Shown: positions 61,902 to 64,000 of the stretch, in pieces
How positions within the stretch are numbered: the stretch's first letter is position 1
Layout: the number at the start of each line of letters is the position of its first letter
Assembly (NCBI GenBank): GCA_963703985.1
Contig: CAVPGH010000003.1
Coordinates: 1,734-65,733, forward strand
From: an uncultured Acidobacteriota bacterium
GTDB taxonomy: Bacteria; Acidobacteriota; Vicinamibacteria; Fen-336
DNA length: 64,000 nucleotides
Direction: 5' to 3'
Made by a program: the position numbers and the translations under genes
Notes under the pieces: model-generated
The model's input: only the letters and a program-made list of their open reading frames with translations
What the model was told of the DNA's origin: nothing
Databases searched by the model: none

Positions 61902-62534
61902 TTAAAGGTCGATGATCCCTCTCTTCAACCCGATGATGGCCGCATGCGTCCGATCGTTGGCATCCAGTTTCGACAGGATGCTCTTGACGCGGCCCTTCAC
62001 GGTGTCCTCCGTGACTCCGAGTTGATCCCCAATCTCCTTGTTCGCATTCCCGGCGGCGATGAGGCGCAAGACGGCGATCTCCGCGGGGGTCAGGGAGTCA
62101 TCGCTCATATGGTCGGCGATCTGGAACGAGACCTCTGGCGACAGACTCCTCTTGCCAGCGTGGACCGCACGGATCGTGCCCAGCAGTTCCGAATGAAGCG
62201 TGTTCTTGAGCAGGTAGCCTTGAGCGCCGGCCTTGAGGGCGCGAAGGATGTGCACGTCGCCCTCGTAGGTCGTCAGCATGATGACCCTGGCCTCCGGAAA
62301 CTCGGTCCGAATGACGATCAGCGCGTCGAGGCCGTTCATTTCCGGCATCTGCAGGTCCATCAGCGTGACGTCCGGCCGGTGAGTGCGGAACTGTTGGATC
62401 GCGTCACGGCCGTTGGCGGCTTGCGCCACCAAGGTCATGTCGGTCTGGATGCCGACGAGTCCGGCGATCCCGTCGCGAACGAGCGGATGATCGTCGACCG
62501 CGAGAATCCGAATCGGCGAGCTACCACCCGTCAA
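61902..62534 (-). CDS. NarL/LuxR-family response regulator (REC + HTH_LuxR)
   Basis: 210 aa from TTG 62534, which overlaps the kinase stop (TTGA) with GGAG upstream. Motifs present: IRILAVDDHPLVRDG, the phospho-acceptor context DVTLMDLQMP, and the HTH LTPAEIAVLRLIAAGNANKEIGDQLGVTEDTVKGRVKSILSKL. Confidence 0.92.
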   Translation of the reverse strand: MTGGSSPIRILAVDDHPLVRDGIAGLVGIQTDMTLVAQAANGRDAIQQFRTHRPDVTLMDLQMPEMNGLDALIVIRTEFPEARVIMLTTYEGDVHILRALKAGAQGYLLKNTLHSELLGTIRAVHAGKRSLSPEVSFQIADHMSDDSLTPAEIAVLRLIAAGNANKEIGDQLGVTEDTVKGRVKSILSKLDANDRTHAAIIGLKRGIIDL

Positions 62535-64000
62535 CCCGCATCTCCTTTGTCTCGCGCCGGCATGCTGGAGGCAGTCAGTCGTGACCACCAGGAGCGCCCC
62601 CGCGCTGTCGCATAGACGGCGCTCGCGGGAATCCGCAGCTCCACCTCGGTGCCTGCACCGACTTCGCTCCAGACGGCCAGTTTCCCCCCAATCAGTGCGG
62701 CGCGTTCCGGCATGCCGCGCAGCCCGTAGTGTCCCTCGACACCTTGGGCCGCGAGAACCGGTTGATCGATGCCTCTGCCGTCATCCCTCACCCGCAGTCG
62801 GAACTCGTCGCTGTCGTAACGGATCTCGACCTCGAGGCGCCCGGCCCCCGCGTGCCGATATGAGTTCCGCAGGGCTTCCGCCGCGATCTTGTAGATCTCG
62901 TCGCGAACGATCGGGTGGAGTTCTCTCGGCTCGCCCTCGACAACGACGTGGAGGTCGCAAGCAGGGTGGTCACTCGCGTTGTCCGCTAGTTCGTCGCCAA
63001 CCGTTCTAATCGCCTGTGCCAGATCGTTCCGTTCGAGGGTTGACGCCCGCAAACCCTGCACCGCGTCGCGGCCTTCGGTGACCGCCTTCGCCGCCTGCTG
63101 AATCGCCGTATCCAGCTTCTCTTTCGCGTCGACCGGGCGATCGGGCAGCAGGTACGCCGCGGTTTGGAATCGCAGCAGCAGACCATGGAAGCTTTGCAGC
63201 AGCGTGTCGTGGAGTTCGCGTGCGATGCGGGTGCGCTCCGCGACGCGCGCGTCGAGCGTCTGGGCGAACGCGTGTTGAACATGGCGCATCCGATACCGGT
63301 GAGCCGCCCACAGAAGCGCCAGGAACGAAACCGCGGAGACTGCGCGGAACCAGGTCGTCTGGTAGTACGCCGGAGCGATGGAGAACTGCAGTGTGGCGGC
63401 GCGCTCGTTCCAGACGCCGTCGCTGTTGGCCGCCATCACCCGAAACGTGTACTTCCTCGGCGGCACATCGGTATAGAACGCCTGCCGCCGTGGACCGGCC
63501 TCATGCCAATCGACGTCGTAGCCATCGAGCTTGTAGCGAAACTTGACCTTCTGTGGGATCGAGAAGGTCGGCGATGTGTAATCGATCTGCAAGTCGCGCA
63601 CGTGCGGGCCCACCTCGAGGTTGTCACTAGCCGCGAATTCCTTTCGATCGACGATCACGGATTCGACGGTAGCTGCCGCCGGCCTTGCTGGTTGCGACAT
63701 CCTGGACGGGTCCAGCATCTGCACGACGACTCCGCTGGAAAACCACACGCGCCCATCGGAGGTGGATGCCGCCGCGTTGAAGGAACCGATGTTTGGCTGG
63801 GCACCGTCGAACGCATCGTAGACGCGGTTCCGAATCATGGCATCGGGGTTCGCCCACCACTTCTGGAGCTCAGCGTCCGAGAAGTCCACGACGCCGCACT
63901 GGGTATACAGCCACCAGTGGTGGTCCGCATCCTGAATGAACGTGATGACGAAGTCGCACGGCAGGCCGTTCTTCGTGGTCATGCGCCGGACGGTGCCCGC
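62531..64000 (-). CDS. sensor histidine kinase (Reg_prop/Y_Y_Y-HisKA_3-HATPase_c), paralog of 56378-59443; N-terminus lies beyond the window
   Basis: The frame is open to the window edge (..GTVRRMTTKNGLPCDF aligns with ..VATLTTANGLPCKTV of the paralog). The domain order is the same. The phosphoacceptor box is RIARELHDTLLQ. The kinase core is nearly identical to the paralog. Confidence 0.9.
   Translation of the reverse strand, partial: AGTVRRMTTKNGLPCDFVITFIQDADHHWWLYTQCGVVDFSDAELQKWWANPDAMIRNRVYDAFDGAQPNIGSFNAAASTSDGRVWFSSGVVVQMLDPSRMSQPARPAAATVESVIVDRKEFAASDNLEVGPHVRDLQIDYTSPTFSIPQKVKFRYKLDGYDVDWHEAGPRRQAFYTDVPPRKYTFRVMAANSDGVWNERAATLQFSIAPAYYQTTWFRAVSAVSFLALLWAAHRYRMRHVQHAFAQTLDARVAERTRIARELHDTLLQSFHGLLLRFQTAAYLLPDRPVDAKEKLDTAIQQAAKAVTEGRDAVQGLRASTLERNDLAQAIRTVGDELADNASDHPACDLHVVVEGEPRELHPIVRDEIYKIAAEALRNSYRHAGAGRLEVEIRYDSDEFRLRVRDDGRGIDQPVLAAQGVEGHYGLRGMPERAALIGGKLAVWSEVGAGTEVELRIPASAVYATARGRSWWSRLTASSMPARDKGDAG
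62570..63250. repeat. inverted repeat, arm 2 (kinase core of HK 62531-64000)
   Basis: See arm 1. Confidence 0.85.

Overview
This is a high-GC bacterial chromosomal segment, roughly 68-70% GC by eye, with two clearly lower-GC patches. Several traits suggest a Myxococcota/deltaproteobacterium-like host: several sigma-54 enhancer-binding proteins (EBPs), a PKS remnant, myxobacterial-type IS91-like transposase fragments, and pervasive 4-nt GTGA/ATGA/TTGA start-stop overlaps. That assignment is inference only.

Core content, in order:
(i) A frameshifted second copy of the pgk 3' half at the window edge.
(ii) An Mla/Pqi-like lipid-transport ABC operon (1134-4697, minus strand).
(iii) A GAF-sigma54 activator and a three-gene STAS mini-operon.
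(iv) A TLC/MFS-like membrane protein with a HEAT domain, plus a tandem-cNMP-binding protein.
(v) A TolC-MFP-RND efflux operon.
(vi) A 17-kb, ten-gene, co-directional carbohydrate operon (19442-36441): glgP, pgm, histidine phosphatase, phosphoketolase, tkt, rpiB, tal/pgi, adh, esterase, glgX. It is followed by pyk (minus strand) and an intact pgk.
(vii) A GH94 plus GH144-like beta-1,2-glucan gene pair.
(viii) ndh and hbd-ackA-pta.
(ix) A lower-GC block with a PD40 propeller protein, two paralogous Reg_prop/Y_Y_Y-HisKA_3 kinases, a LuxR-type response regulator, a sensor-less sigma54 activator and DoxX.

I saw no rRNA, tRNA or CRISPR array.

Two patterns dominate the hunt. First, about 18 gene fragments sit at apparent rearrangement junctions. 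They include 5' stubs, internally deleted mosaic copies of genes that are intact elsewhere in the window, and four non-overlapping pieces of an IS91-like transposase. Second, about 19 single-base insertions disrupt otherwise perfectly conserved genes (tolC-like, RND pump, pgm, rpiB, tal-pgi, pgk copy). Every one I could resolve shifts the frame in the same (+1) direction. That looks more like consensus error than biology and must be checked against reads.

The most interesting biological candidates are:
- the glycogen/phosphoketolase/non-oxidative PPP super-operon;
- an apparent in-frame RpiB-Tal-Pgi triple fusion;
- a near-identical inverted repeat inside two sensor kinases, bracketing a 3.1-kb regulatory segment;
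- the TLC/HEAT + cNMP pair.

All identity percentages are by-eye estimates. No database search was possible.
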